Source of the DNA: Phoronis australis
Taxonomy: Eukaryota > Animalia > Phoronida
Reading direction: 5' to 3'
DNA: 64,000 nt
Assembly: GCA_002633005.1 (NCBI GenBank)
Contig: NMRA01000784.1
Coordinates: 38,557 to 102,556 of the forward strand
Positions within the stretch are counted from its first letter, which is position 1; every line of letters starts with the position of its first letter. A model generated the notes under the pieces. It had not been told where the DNA came from and made no database searches. It worked only from the letters and a program-made list of their open reading frames with translations. The translations under genes and the position numbers were made by a program. Positions 12,701 to 23,500 of the stretch are shown here, piece after piece.

Positions 12701-12784
12701 TTCTTCGTGTGAAGCAAGATTTGATGGGGACTTGCTTAGACGTGCCGTTTGTGGGCGCTGAAACGTATTTTGATGCAAAGGCAT
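730..12784 (-). CDS. NSMF: NSMF/NELF (Jacob)-like protein, multi-exon; 3' end lies beyond the window start
   Basis: Phase-compatible GT-AG exons read by hand: 12784-12564 (tentative first exon, AG|GTGAGT), 6047-5895, 5758-5716, 5331-5245, 3951-3868, 2665-2632, 1590-1520, 815-730. Joined: ...DDIIKTAWESEKHLEIGLTGHNVSPPRVVLISSAVRNFEQLGNHVLLKDDKILPVYYDFENTTLDEVEDLIKSELEEYRPGCKARSILLFVTGSDNFFYILKNRMV... This is collinear with the recalled vertebrate NSMF C-terminal domain (W.TEKGLE...PPKVMLISSKV...IIPILYDHEHATFEDI...GAKIWKMLIFCQGGPGHLYLLKNKV). Exons 730-5331 are well supported; the 5' exons are less certain. Confidence 0.85.
1723..1915. mobile_element. Palindromic (foldback) element with CACGTG-containing inverted repeats and internal tRNA B-box-like motifs
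   Basis: Perfect 15-bp IR ggtcacatcacgtga (1723-1737) / tcacgtgatgtgacc (1901-1915). Inner IRs gtctaaaaagacctctgcccc / ggggcagaaatctttttcagac. GGTTCGAA on the minus strand at about 1777-1784 and on the plus strand at about 1847-1854. Confidence 0.7.
2862..3042 (-). repeat. About 185-bp dispersed repeat (inverted copy of 31490-31678 / 32300-32486)
   Basis: Shared blocks ttattggagattag, agagcaattatcga, agagctggccctccaacc, taatcagtcgtgtaag, cttcccaacttgt, plus the terminal hairpin tcccaacttgt..acaagttggga. Confidence 0.8.
6481..6560. mobile_element. Short MITE, same GGCGGAT-TIR family
   Basis: caggggcggatccagga ... ccctaaatccgccactg; flanks cctgt/tctgt (4/5 TSD). Confidence 0.75.
7887..8792 (-). 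CDS. Uncharacterised 301-aa Ser/Arg/Lys-rich, probably disordered protein nested in an NSMF-like intron
   Basis: Uninterrupted 906-nt ATG-to-TGA ORF in AT-rich DNA. Strong acceptor (tcttttgcag) just upstream at about 8851; minus-strand AATAAA at 7553-7558. No recognisable domain. Confidence 0.6.
   Translation of the reverse strand: MKSKARGNLSYGLPKINTRNQRLPSSISAILQRYNASTLVTNITITFRSPNKVEPKGKADLVAAKKNMGKHGNPSLDEEVVNFSSKKQRFTLPRNGSSGDLYDEILKSKKRLQENQMTLSEPGNAASSKSGSDRVNNSDNVSESDSRSWNSVPILPPIFEVDNEQDYDHDEDEPTMFQSERINHILGSEGLNTTRTSAKFPLPSPSQRSVSVDATPTPRAIRKQNKEKVSPIFQDFEECQREKSIISETRRELNDSRRELTEKREKTQATAARKKSRDNSLSAQVASIKARKSRQRVLNDI
10370..11890 (-). mobile_element. Degenerate non-LTR retrotransposon (CR1/L2-group LINE), reverse-transcriptase region and 3' end
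   Basis: Broken minus-strand translation gives RT landmarks in the expected order: QLYRYF..QSGLRPSHS (about 11570-11640), TGMLLFDL*KPFDTNDHKVL (about 11335-11393), LFLIYVNGL..VNCK..LYAD (about 11110-11180), VKYFRIHLNRSLS (about 10875-10912), LSKANKDKLQRCQNKLI (about 10690-10740). AATAAATTGA-type tail near 10370-10380. Many stops and frameshifts. Confidence 0.85.
11907..12193. mobile_element. MITE, GGCGGAT-TIR family, 5-bp TSD AGATA
   Basis: cataggcggatttaggggg ... cctagatccgccactg; AGATA at 11902-11906 and 12194-12198. Confidence 0.8.
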
Positions 12785-14499
12785 TATTTTATGTACAAAG
12801 TAACTTTGTCAGACCAGCCCTAACGCGAAATCGAACCCTCAAAATGATTTGCGGTTGCAGTCCAACGCTTTAATAGCAAAGATAAAGCTACTGAATAATT
12901 AACTGCTAAATTTATCAGCCTTCATTTCAACAATTGGCTGGCAGACCAGGGCGAGAACTGGCGATTTGTAATAAAATTTAACAAAAGCACATCAGATTTT
13001 GTTGTTTTGTAGCTCTCTGCAAGGCTAATGACTTCAAGAAGTCTATATTATCCAATAATAACATGTGCCCAACACATGATGAGGCCTGCGCACGTCTGAT
13101 GCACCGCAAATGACATCAGACCACTGTTATTTTTTCATTTTTTTAATAATAACATCAAGAATGCGTTTTCGGCCTTAAAACCGATTACGCTCCTTTAATA
13201 GTGGCATGTTGCGATGAGATTAGACCAGCTTTAGATCAGCTAAAAATTGTTCACATTATCAATATTTAATGCGTCAGCCGAGCTTAACGACGTCAGAACG
13301 CACTTGTCAAACATAACGAGACAATTGTAAAGAACTCTGTCGCATACATGTTAAATATTTAATGCATATTTTCTGGTCATTAAAATGAGAAAACTGAGAA
13401 AAATGTAAACGTGGCTGTTTACCTTTCTACCCTGGCCACCCCATGATGCAAGGTAGTCGTCAAATCGTCTGCGGCTACTGTCAGGAGGTTCACTCGATGG
13501 GCGCGCATGTTTTATGGACATCTTTGAGCGACACCTTTCGTGAAAATAAAACTTCGGGATTGCATTAGAATATTTCGTTGGTACATGTAAAGTACTACAC
13601 ATAGCACTACATAAAGTTACATCATACCGCAATAATACTGATAATGAGACAAATTTGTTCCCAGAATTGTCGACCACTGTTACTTAAATTTAATTGTTAG
13701 TCCATCTCACAGAACGTTTTCTTTGTAGTTGAGAAGAAATTTCTATGGTTTTCACGCACATGTATAACCTACGTGTGTATCTCATGAACCACAGACGTCG
13801 TTCTGAATTACGTGATCGCGCATACGTTTCATCAAGTGATATATTCGAAACACCCCCGGCTTACCTTTTTGTACTCGTGTATGCTTATGCAAAAATGACA
13901 CACTGGCAATGTTAATCATTGCTGAAAACTCTTATGTGAAATTATATGTTTTCACGTTGAGGAATACATTAAGTGCAATGTTGACAACCAAGTTCTGAAG
14001 TGTCTTTCGTTCGTCAAATATCCGGTTTCTGCTTGACATTCGAGAAAAGACTTTTCCCAGAACACGTATCCGAGAGATGTATAGAAAGCTTTAATTGATT
14101 ACCGTCACTATATCACACGTCCAATGCAAATTCACGATACTTAGTTTTACAAGCATAAGGCGTGGTATTCCCACTGGGAACTACATGTACTCTGAACTTC
14201 TGCTTCGTACACAGCAAACACCACACGCCATTAAAATTGTATGGACAAAACTGATTCTGTCATCGATGACCGGACCTCAATACACCCCTGAGACATGCAT
14301 TCATTGTTTAGCTTCAACTTTACCTCGACATGCGACACTAAGGGGACCCCGGCTGACTTCCTCTCAGCCATACATTAACTCCAGCGCCCCCAACTAGATT
14401 GTAGTATTTTAAGAGGATCCTAAACCGGTTTTGGAGATTGCTACCAATCCTCATTCTGTCACCTGCTGGCGTTTCACTTGAGAGTTAAAAGCAGGCGTG

Positions 14500-14640
14500 C
14501 GTTCAGTAGACGCTAGGACCTACGCTAGGACCTAGCAAAAAGCTAGTCAAGGTCACGTGCTCTTATTTAAAATACACGGTAATATCTCGCGTAATCTCGC
14601 AAAGTCTTGCTTTTAAGCTAGGTCCTAGCGTTACTGAACG
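14500..14640. mobile_element. MITE with about 25-bp terminal inverted repeats
   Basis: cgttcagtagacgctaggacct(acgctaggacct)agc ... gctaggtcctagcgttactgaacg; 12-bp internal duplication in the left arm. Confidence 0.7.
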
Positions 14641-17600
14641 AGGACTTGCCTAAAAACTCATACTTCCGGTACACGTATTGAGGTTCTTAGCGGGTGATCT
14701 TCTCCAGACACGTTGGATATTGCGATTCTTAGCGGGTGATCTTTCTCCACAGTTGCCGTGTAACTCGCCTAAAGTGTAAGCCACGTTTGAACGTTTAGCA
14801 TTTTTGAAACGCGTTTTCAAATTTTGCTTTTAACTTTTGAGGCTTTTCGAACGTTACAATGCGTAGTATTATTTTCTCAGACAACTGAATGGAAAGGTCG
14901 TTTTTAAGATCTGTTGATAAGCTGAAAGCGGGTTTGGTATCGTAATAAATAAGTTTTAGCAAATGTTCTGTAGAGACTGCACAGAATCGCTGATAGTGGT
15001 AGGGGCGGATCCAGGATTTTGATTTGGCACCCTCGAAAAAGCAATCGACATTTATAGATAAAGTGTGGCCGCAAAAAAGCTGTTGATTACGTTATTATCA
15101 ACAAATGCTATCAGTGCCGAGGGTACCTGCGGGGTGTTCATAGAAATTCGGCAGGGGATTAATTATTTAAAGATGAGTCATTTTTCGGTAGAAAAGGTAA
15201 GGGACAAGTTGACTAACATCAAAATTGCCAACAAATGTTCAACACTGACCAATGTCTTCCATGTTTGTATTTTAGAAATTTTTGGAGCGAATTCAGTTGT
15301 TTTTGTTTACATTTGCATTATCGTTTATGCGTTAGGAGAATACCATTTGATTTTCATTATGAAAATAAAAAACATTAGTTTTAAAGAACTAAAATAAAAA
15401 GTTAGCTTAAAACAATGTATTTTTAGTTCTAGAATTATAATCAGTTTTCATTTACAGTGTGAATTTCTTTTTGACAATCCTTTTCAGATTCGGGTGTGCC
15501 TGTTTTGCATGCTCAGGTACCTACAGGGTCTCCGTGAAATTTTGTATTGTGAATTTTCTTCATGTAGTGTATGCAACATTGACACGGAAATACAAAATAT
15601 GACAATAACATAAGGAATAATAGTTGTTCGCATACATATCAATGTTTCAACATTGTAATCTAAATACTGATAAATTTGAATAAGACACTTTCTCAAGAAC
15701 ATTGACTTAACGTTATATTTTAACGCGTTTGTCAACAAAAGTGAATTAATACCCACCAATTTTATGTTCCCAAAATTGAAAAAAATAAGGCATTGAACCC
15801 AGAAATTCAAGCGCTTGGGATTTCTTTGCTCATAGCTTTGAAAGTCTCTAACATTAACAAACAACCTTCGATTCTTTTTACCGACATTGGTTTGTATGAA
15901 ACGAATATTAATGGTGTTCAATGAACAGCCATGTCAAATGTAAAAAGTTACATTAAAATGCATTTCGCTCTGTTTACCTGACTACAAACGAAAATAAAAA
16001 TACTGTCATAAAATAGGTGTCATAATATTCCGTTACCAGCAAGGACATTAAAACCGTCGGCGACTCGGCTAACGAAACACTTTAGTTTATTGGGTTAATA
16101 TAGTAAGGCAACTCTAAAATAGCTAATTCGAAAATGGAAACTTCACAAGAGTTGTATACAACTTGAGTGGCTCGAGTTGGTAACGGAAATGGGATGCTAC
16201 CACCGTGCGGACTATTATGAGACTGATTCTAGGCGAAAAAGTTAAAAGGTTTAATTCCATTTTTAGTTTTTAGCCACATAAACTCTGCAAAATGAAGTTT
16301 TAAGGTAATTTCTAAAGGTTTTATTTTAGAATTTTTAAATTCAGTTAGAGTAGTTTAAAAATTGTCTAAGTGCGTTTTTATGAGCGACGGGTGCCTGTAA
16401 CAGCGACGACACGCACTTGATTTTGCATTAAAAATATCAAGTGTGAAACAGACTCTTGTAATGGATGAAGGTCTTGCGGCGAGAAACAGACTCTATTTGT
16501 AATGGGCAGGAATATATTGCGGAGAAAAAAGGTACAAAATACAGACAAGCTTTCGCGGTTCCAGGCATATTCCTGAGGACGCTGTACTCAGGCTCTCGTT
16601 TGAAGCTTTTTGTAAACAATTTGTTCAATGTCAGTGAGACCAAACCCTTCCTAAGTTAAGATTACGCCACACTGGGTTTGAAAAAAAAATGCTCGCTGTT
16701 GCTCTCTCGATCATGTATGTACCCAAATCTGTGGTCTTAAACGTGCCAGACGGCCACATCATGAAAGCATGACTGCGCCTGCGCCACGTCTCTCTCTCCA
16801 CCACGCTTTCAGAGCAGGGTTCTTACCTCTACTACTGTGAATTACGGCAAAGAATAATCTGTTTTGTCCAATTCTATCGCCAAATCGTTGTCACTGGTCC
16901 TCAACTCAGCTAGTCCAAAAACACTAACATTAACCACGAATGTGTTTTAAACTGCATGTACGATCGCTGATCAGCTGATCAAAGGAAATAACAATCAGAT
17001 TTTGCATCGATTCACCAGGGAGTCTAATGAATACCTATCGATTTCCCAGAGTAGTAATTGTCCTCTAGGCATTCTTGAATCTGGGACACTGGCTTAAAAC
17101 AAAAGACCCCATTAAGAATTTATACATAACCAGTCACGCCATCTGGTGCCCTCTGGTGACGGCCGTACTTCTCGTCATGGAAACTACCAAACTCGTTTTT
17201 ATGAAAGTTTTACAGTTGTCAAACGAGATGCCTGGATAAAAAACATTGCGTGTTACGTCAGGCTAGAGAGCTTCGGCTACCTGTTGACAGCGAACGCGCG
17301 AATCAGAGATAACAGTGTCAAGTTTATGACGTACAGTACGCGCTGTTTCGGCTACAGGTACAAGAATGCCCGGTTACTGTAGTGGCGGTGCTGTAGCCAA
17401 CAAGAAAATCAGTATGTGTTGGATTTGGCGCTGTTGAAAGGTGACTTGCAAACGTTGGACGTGTGTGATTAAGCACAAGTGACTTACAATTAAAATATTC
17501 GAAAACATTTGACAGATGAGCAAATCAAGGTTTTATTTCGGTAAGCCAATCTGTGTGTTTTACGTAGAAAATCATCTACTGGTGTGTTCAAAAATGGGTT

Positions 17601-20326
17601 TCGTTAGTTCATTTTAGATAGTACTAAAGTAATACCCTCGATTCTGTTGAGTAGTTGAACAGTTTGATCTGGTTACCATTGCGGGTAGTCAGAACTATTC
17701 TGAAAGGTGGCTAAATGGTGGAGACGGGGTGGAGGCAAACGCAAAATTGATTTGGTATTGACCACGAAGGTCTTACTGTGCGTGAATAAACCGGGCTGAC
17801 ATGGCCCATTTATGCCCTCCACCCTCGCTACGTCAGTGTCACGATGAAGTTTGTCCGAGAAGTGTGAGCGCGGCAGGGTAGGGGGGGCAGTTGCTTCCGG
17901 GCGCCAGAAGAGGGGTGTTGGAAAAGGGTGGCGACCAGTGCGTGGCATCGAACTGGTGGCGACCGGGACAGGGGGCAAAGCTACGATCAGAGTAACATCA
18001 TTATAGTTTCCTGCCCTTGGTAAAACAATATCCCATGTACAAAAATTCTAAGCGCTCATTTTTTCTCATGCCAAAAGTGATTTGGGGAAAAATGCAGAAA
18101 GATTTATAACTAATTCACAAACTCTCGACAAATATTCCCGTTTGCTTTGAATATTTCTAATCGAAGCATTCTTCTCGTTTCCTTTCGTGAAATATTACGG
18201 AAATTGAGATGCTTTAGCACGGAACATAGTATTGTTTTCCGACACACACTGCAACCGGACACCTGTGGCTCTCTGAGTAAAATCAGCAACGCGACGAGAA
18301 CCTCAGAAGAAAGGTCAAAGTTCAAACATTTAATGGAGCAAGACACATGCAGTGCGCTACGTCAACTCAAGTATGGATGAACTTTCTAAAATCGCTAAAA
18401 AGTTGCACAAATTTAACCTTTTTAGGATTAGGGTCAATTGGAAATTAAAATCCTCTCATGGGTTGTTACCTTCCGTGCGACAAGACTATACGCGGAAATG
18501 TAGGCTAACCTTATGACCTAGTAAGCAAAGAATGCCCATCTCAAATGTCCGCCTTCGCATTAAAATGTAGCGAAGATCTCTACTGTTAAAGCCGTACCTG
18601 AGGCATGCTTGTATTTCTCTTTCTCATATGAGAAACGTTCAAGTGGAAGCTAAATTACAAAATTTAAGTGAGTGGTATGACCCCTGTGGCTTCGTCCCAG
18701 ACCAGGACCCATCTGAGCTGACACCACGTACTTTTTTTTGGAAAATGAGAATAACTAAATATACATCACCCCATCAATTGTAAAAAAGGCATGTCAGAAC
18801 AAATTAATTCTATTTTCTTTGCCTTAGGCACATGTATAAGTATAACAAATCATTTTCCACTGACCAAACAAACTGAAGAACAGGTCTTATAGTTAACACG
18901 GAATTATACTCTTTAATATCTAAAATGTATTTTTCAACAATGTAACAAATCTAATCAAGCAACTTTTCAAAATGGAATAGAAATCATATGTCAAGTTAAG
19001 AAACAGCAAAATAAATTGCTTCAATCTGCAGCACCTGTAGTAAATGTTCAGTGCTTCAATTTTGCAGTAAGTAATTGAACAGGTCATGAGAAATTTAAGT
19101 TCTAATGGCTATGAAGCACCAGCACTAGTGGAGCAGCAACTCCATCTGGTGGCAAAATTGTTCACATGATGAGGAAGACCACAACATAAATACAAAGGAG
19201 ACAGGCACATACATGAAATGGCACCTTCGTGTCAACCTAAAAAGAAATTCTCATCCCACCATACTTAACTTGTATTTTGATTTCTTCCTTCGTGGACACA
19301 TTTTGTCTTTGTTTTTCATTTAAACACATCCAAGTCAACAAAACACAATAATGACCTTGAAAACAACTTCACTGAACAAAGGTGACACTATGTTATCTGA
19401 GAGTCCTGCAACGTGTAAAGATTAATTAATCTACAAAATGTAAATGAGGCTTTGAGCTTGGTCGATATCAAAATTTTTGTCTAAAATCCGAGTTTTGGAG
19501 CTTGTATAAGGACTAGACTTTCTAAAACAATTTTAGATGTACTATTAACATGGCTGACCTGAATAATACATGAACATAAAATTACAAGAACGTTTAAATT
19601 TATAAAATAAAATAAAATCCTTCTCAAATAATTAATCTGATGTATCATATACATAAATGTTCGAAACATAGAAATATCGAAATTGATAAATCTTACGAAG
19701 ATGGTACAGGGCTCTACAACCTCTAAACAAGAAACTCTTCTTCACAACGAAGACAAAATAACTGGCAATTTTTGCCACTGTGTGGATGAGGACAAGACAA
19801 GACAGACATATCCCTTCAACATTCCGCTGAGTACATCTAAATTTACAATTTTTCAATTTGAAAGGAATGTTACCAAAAGAGGAAAATCAGATTAAGCAAA
19901 ATCGTCTAATTATAAGCACTCGGGACTTGGAACGACCCATGACAAAAAAGAGGAAAATTTTCCAAGTGATGTAACGTTCTACAAACAAATAGGCTTGTGT
20001 GATAGAAATATTTTATGGGTTGCAAGAAAAGAAGAAACTGGAAATCAAATAAGAGGGATTTGAAACCAAAATAAGAGAAAATCCTCATAAAAGAGGAACA
20101 TTTCCAAGCACTGAGCGCTGCACTAACAGACGTAATGTTCCAAACACAATTTGAGCACTAAAAGCAACAAATCCAAGACTGTGACCTGATTTCATGCGAA
20201 GTGCAACTTGCAAGCTAAGCACATTTACCACAGTCAGACTACCTCTAATGACCAAGAGATTCAGCGCACCTCAGCTCCCATTAACCCCACCATGGAGGTC
20301 ACGTCATTTTCATGTGCTTCGTTGTT

Positions 20327-20590
20327 TCTGAACCGTTTGAAATTATCTCCCCTTACCTCCAAATCATAATCCTCTCCCCTTGCGCTACACAAAGGACTCA
20401 AGCATCACACTGTCTCTGAACCAATCGCACTTATCTACCCTAACCTCCAATCCATAATTAACTCCCCTGGTCCAACATAAAGATCGCATGTACCTCCGTG
20501 TCTCTGAATCATTCCTACTTATCTCCCCTTCACCTGCTATTTAAAGTTATCACCCCTGCTTTTACATAAAAGTTGTGTCATCTCCATAGA
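20327..20590. repeat. Three diverged 88-bp tandem units spanning the SAPCD2-like stop codon and proximal 3' UTR
   Basis: tctgaa..ttatct.ccc.t.acct.. recurs at 20327, 20415 and 20503 (period 88). Confidence 0.75.
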
Positions 20591-23500
20591 TCTTCTTGCT
20601 GTCCTTAGAACTCCGTGCTTCAAAAAGCTGTCTCACCAAGGTGACTTTCTCTTTCTCAAGTTGACTGATTCGCTGACTTTTCTGCGTGACCTCCTGTAAA
20701 TAATGACAAATTCAACTTGTGACAACTCCGTGACAGCAACAGAAATCAAGTCATTGATTGCAAAAATCCTCACATCCCATAGACTATTTCAGGTCTTACA
20801 ATATCAACACTTCTTTCACTTTTTACTGCTTTTGTTAAGTATTGTACAAAATAACAATGTATTTCCTGTTGAAATTTGTGAGGACACTCTTGGAAATCAG
20901 TGTTCTTTTACCGAAAAGCTTGCCCTCATTTTTTAAATGTTAACATAAATTAAACATTATTAAATGTTAAGTTGCCAAAATTTTCTGAAAGACCTGAATG
21001 TAAACAAGCAGAGTTACTGAGGGGTTACTTAAACATTTCCAATTAAGAAGAGACTACTTCTTTTCTCAAAAACTTTTATGAAATGATAATATCTGGACTA
21101 CAAACATCTGCCGGAAACAAACCTTGGTCAACATTCTGTTCTGTGCCTTCAACATGGTGGTCAAGTGGCCAGATTCGGACTCAGACTGTGGTGGACGCTG
21201 AGACGGGGGTGGTCGCTGCTGGTGGCTCTGGGTGGCCAGGTTCATGTGACTGGGGAATCCCTACGAGGAAAGGCAAACAGCTACTGGACTTAACTGGACA
21301 GTTGCCTTAAGTTTTCTACATGAATATGTTTTAAGCCTAATCAAAGCAGAGTAGTGTTCCCAACTTTGAGCTCAGAAGCTGAAAAAAGCGGTGATGTCAA
21401 ATCAGTTCAAAAATGGTGGGGCAGTCTCCTATATAGACAGTTATTTACAAATTAAATTTCATGAAAATCCACCAAGGAACTTCGACAACACAGATGCAAA
21501 CGCAAAAATAAAATTGCACCTAGGGATCATAGTGGTTGTCTGAACAGTCCGGAACTCGTCACCATCTGCCGTCAGCTTCATAGGAACACATATGCCAAAT
21601 CTCATTAAGACCGTGCAATTCGTTTAGGAGACACGCCCAGAAAGAGATGACGACAAAAAAGCACACATATTACGTATACATGGGTGCATAAAACACCGTG
21701 AAATCCCTTTGCCTAATGTCTCCATTATGCAGTGGCCACCAAATATACTATCGCTGTCTAGTTATTAAAAGCATTCAACACTGCTGCATAGAAATGGCAA
21801 TTTAGTAAACATTTTAATATCTGTAAACGTCATACTATTACCTGCTAAACAGTGAAAAGTTTGCAAGAATGAAAAAACACCAACTATAACCTTACTTACA
21901 CACTTTAAATAAAGTTTCAAGCGATCGGTTACTCCTTTGTTTCTTACGGATTTCGCAAAATGAAAATCAAGACAATTCAACTGTTACTTGAATTTCGGTA
22001 TCCCAAATTTTAGTAACAGGCCCTAACTCGGGTAGAAACCATGACAATCTTACTTTCTCAGGGCTCTCAATTAACACCCTCAGCTGCCTGTTGACATCAG
22101 CAATTCTAGCTGACACGAAGTTGAGCCTCTCCTGGTATTTCTCCTCAGAAACCGATTCCTGAAGAAAGAGAGATGATATACATATCGAGTAGCAATTGAT
22201 ACATGAACCAGACTATTATCAAGTTTAGACTAGATCACAAAACATTGCGAATGAGAGTAAGATTCCATACAGAACCCTTAACACTTGCAGGGCCCTCCTC
22301 CATCACCTGAGGGAAAGGTGCCTGTGCCTTCTGAGAGGAGAATTTTTTAAGGTGAGGGGAAAATTATACCGACCAATCACCATCAATTGCACCCCCACCC
22401 CTGTTGCAAAAAACCAAAGCTCTTTCAAATTGTCACCTGTGTGAGCTACAGGTGATCAAGCGATTCGAACCTCGAGGGGAATTTGTCAATCACTTGACGG
22501 GAATTTTTGGGTCTCACGAGGGGAATTTTGTGATTTTTCAATATTTTTCAGAGGCAAATAGAGCCGATGTAGAGTACCAGAATCAAGGATTGAGGACCCT
22601 AGACCTACGTGAGCACAAACACAACAATCTATGCTTTATGCATAATTGTTGTATAATTATAATAATTGTTGCATAATAATAATCTATGCTTTGTGTAATG
22701 TTCACCAAAATAATTTTAGGGATCATATTTAATATGTTCCACTTTTGTATTAAGTTATCAGAACTGTACTTCAGTGATTACAAAGAAACAACTCACAAGT
22801 TGTACGCGCAGTTTCAGACCCACTTCCCCCTGCATTATCAGACCCACAAGCCCCGCAGTATCAGACCCACCAGCGCTGCAGTATCAGACCCACTAGCGCT
22901 GCAGTATCAGACTCACTAGCGCTGCAGTATCAGACCCACTAGCGCTGCAGTATCAGACCCACTAGCGCTGCAGTATCAGACCCACNNNNNNNNNNNNNNN
23001 NNNNNNNNNNNNNNNNNNNNNNNNNNNNNNNNNNNNNNNNNNNNNNNNNNNNNNNNNNNNNNNNNNNNNNNNNNNNNNNNNNNNNNNNNNNNNNNNNNNN
23101 NNNNNNNNNNNNNNNNNNNNNNNNNNNNNNNNNNNNNNNNNNNNNNNNNNNNNNNNNNNNNNNNNNNNNNNNNNNNNNNNNNNNNNNNNNNNNNNNNNNN
23201 NNNNNNNNNNNNNNNNNNNNNNNNNNNNNNNNNNNNNNNNNNNNNNNNNNNNNNNNNNNNNNNNNNNNNNNNNNNNNNNNNNNNNNNNNNNNNNNNNNNN
23301 NNNNNNNNNNNNNNNNNNNNNNNNNNNNNNNNNNNNNNNNNNNNNNNNNNNNNNNNNNNNNNNNNNNNNNNNNNNNNNNNNNNNNNNNNNNNNNNNNNNN
23401 NNNNNNNNNNNNNNNNNNNNNNNNNNNNNNNNNNNNNNNNNNNNNNNNNNNNNNNNNNNNNNNNNNNNNNNNNNNNNNNNNNNNNNNNNNNNNNNNNNNN

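Noticed and set aside
15065-15921. 110-aa and 145-aa ORFs
   Set aside because: Non-ATG starts, AT-rich I/F/K/N-biased translation, no motifs; they follow a MITE end, so probably transposon interior.
17673-17978. GC-rich 101-aa Pro-rich ORF as an upstream NSMF exon
   Set aside because: Its phase-2 donor would create TGA on joining exon 6047, it has no recognisable motif, and the G/C runs resemble repeat sequence.
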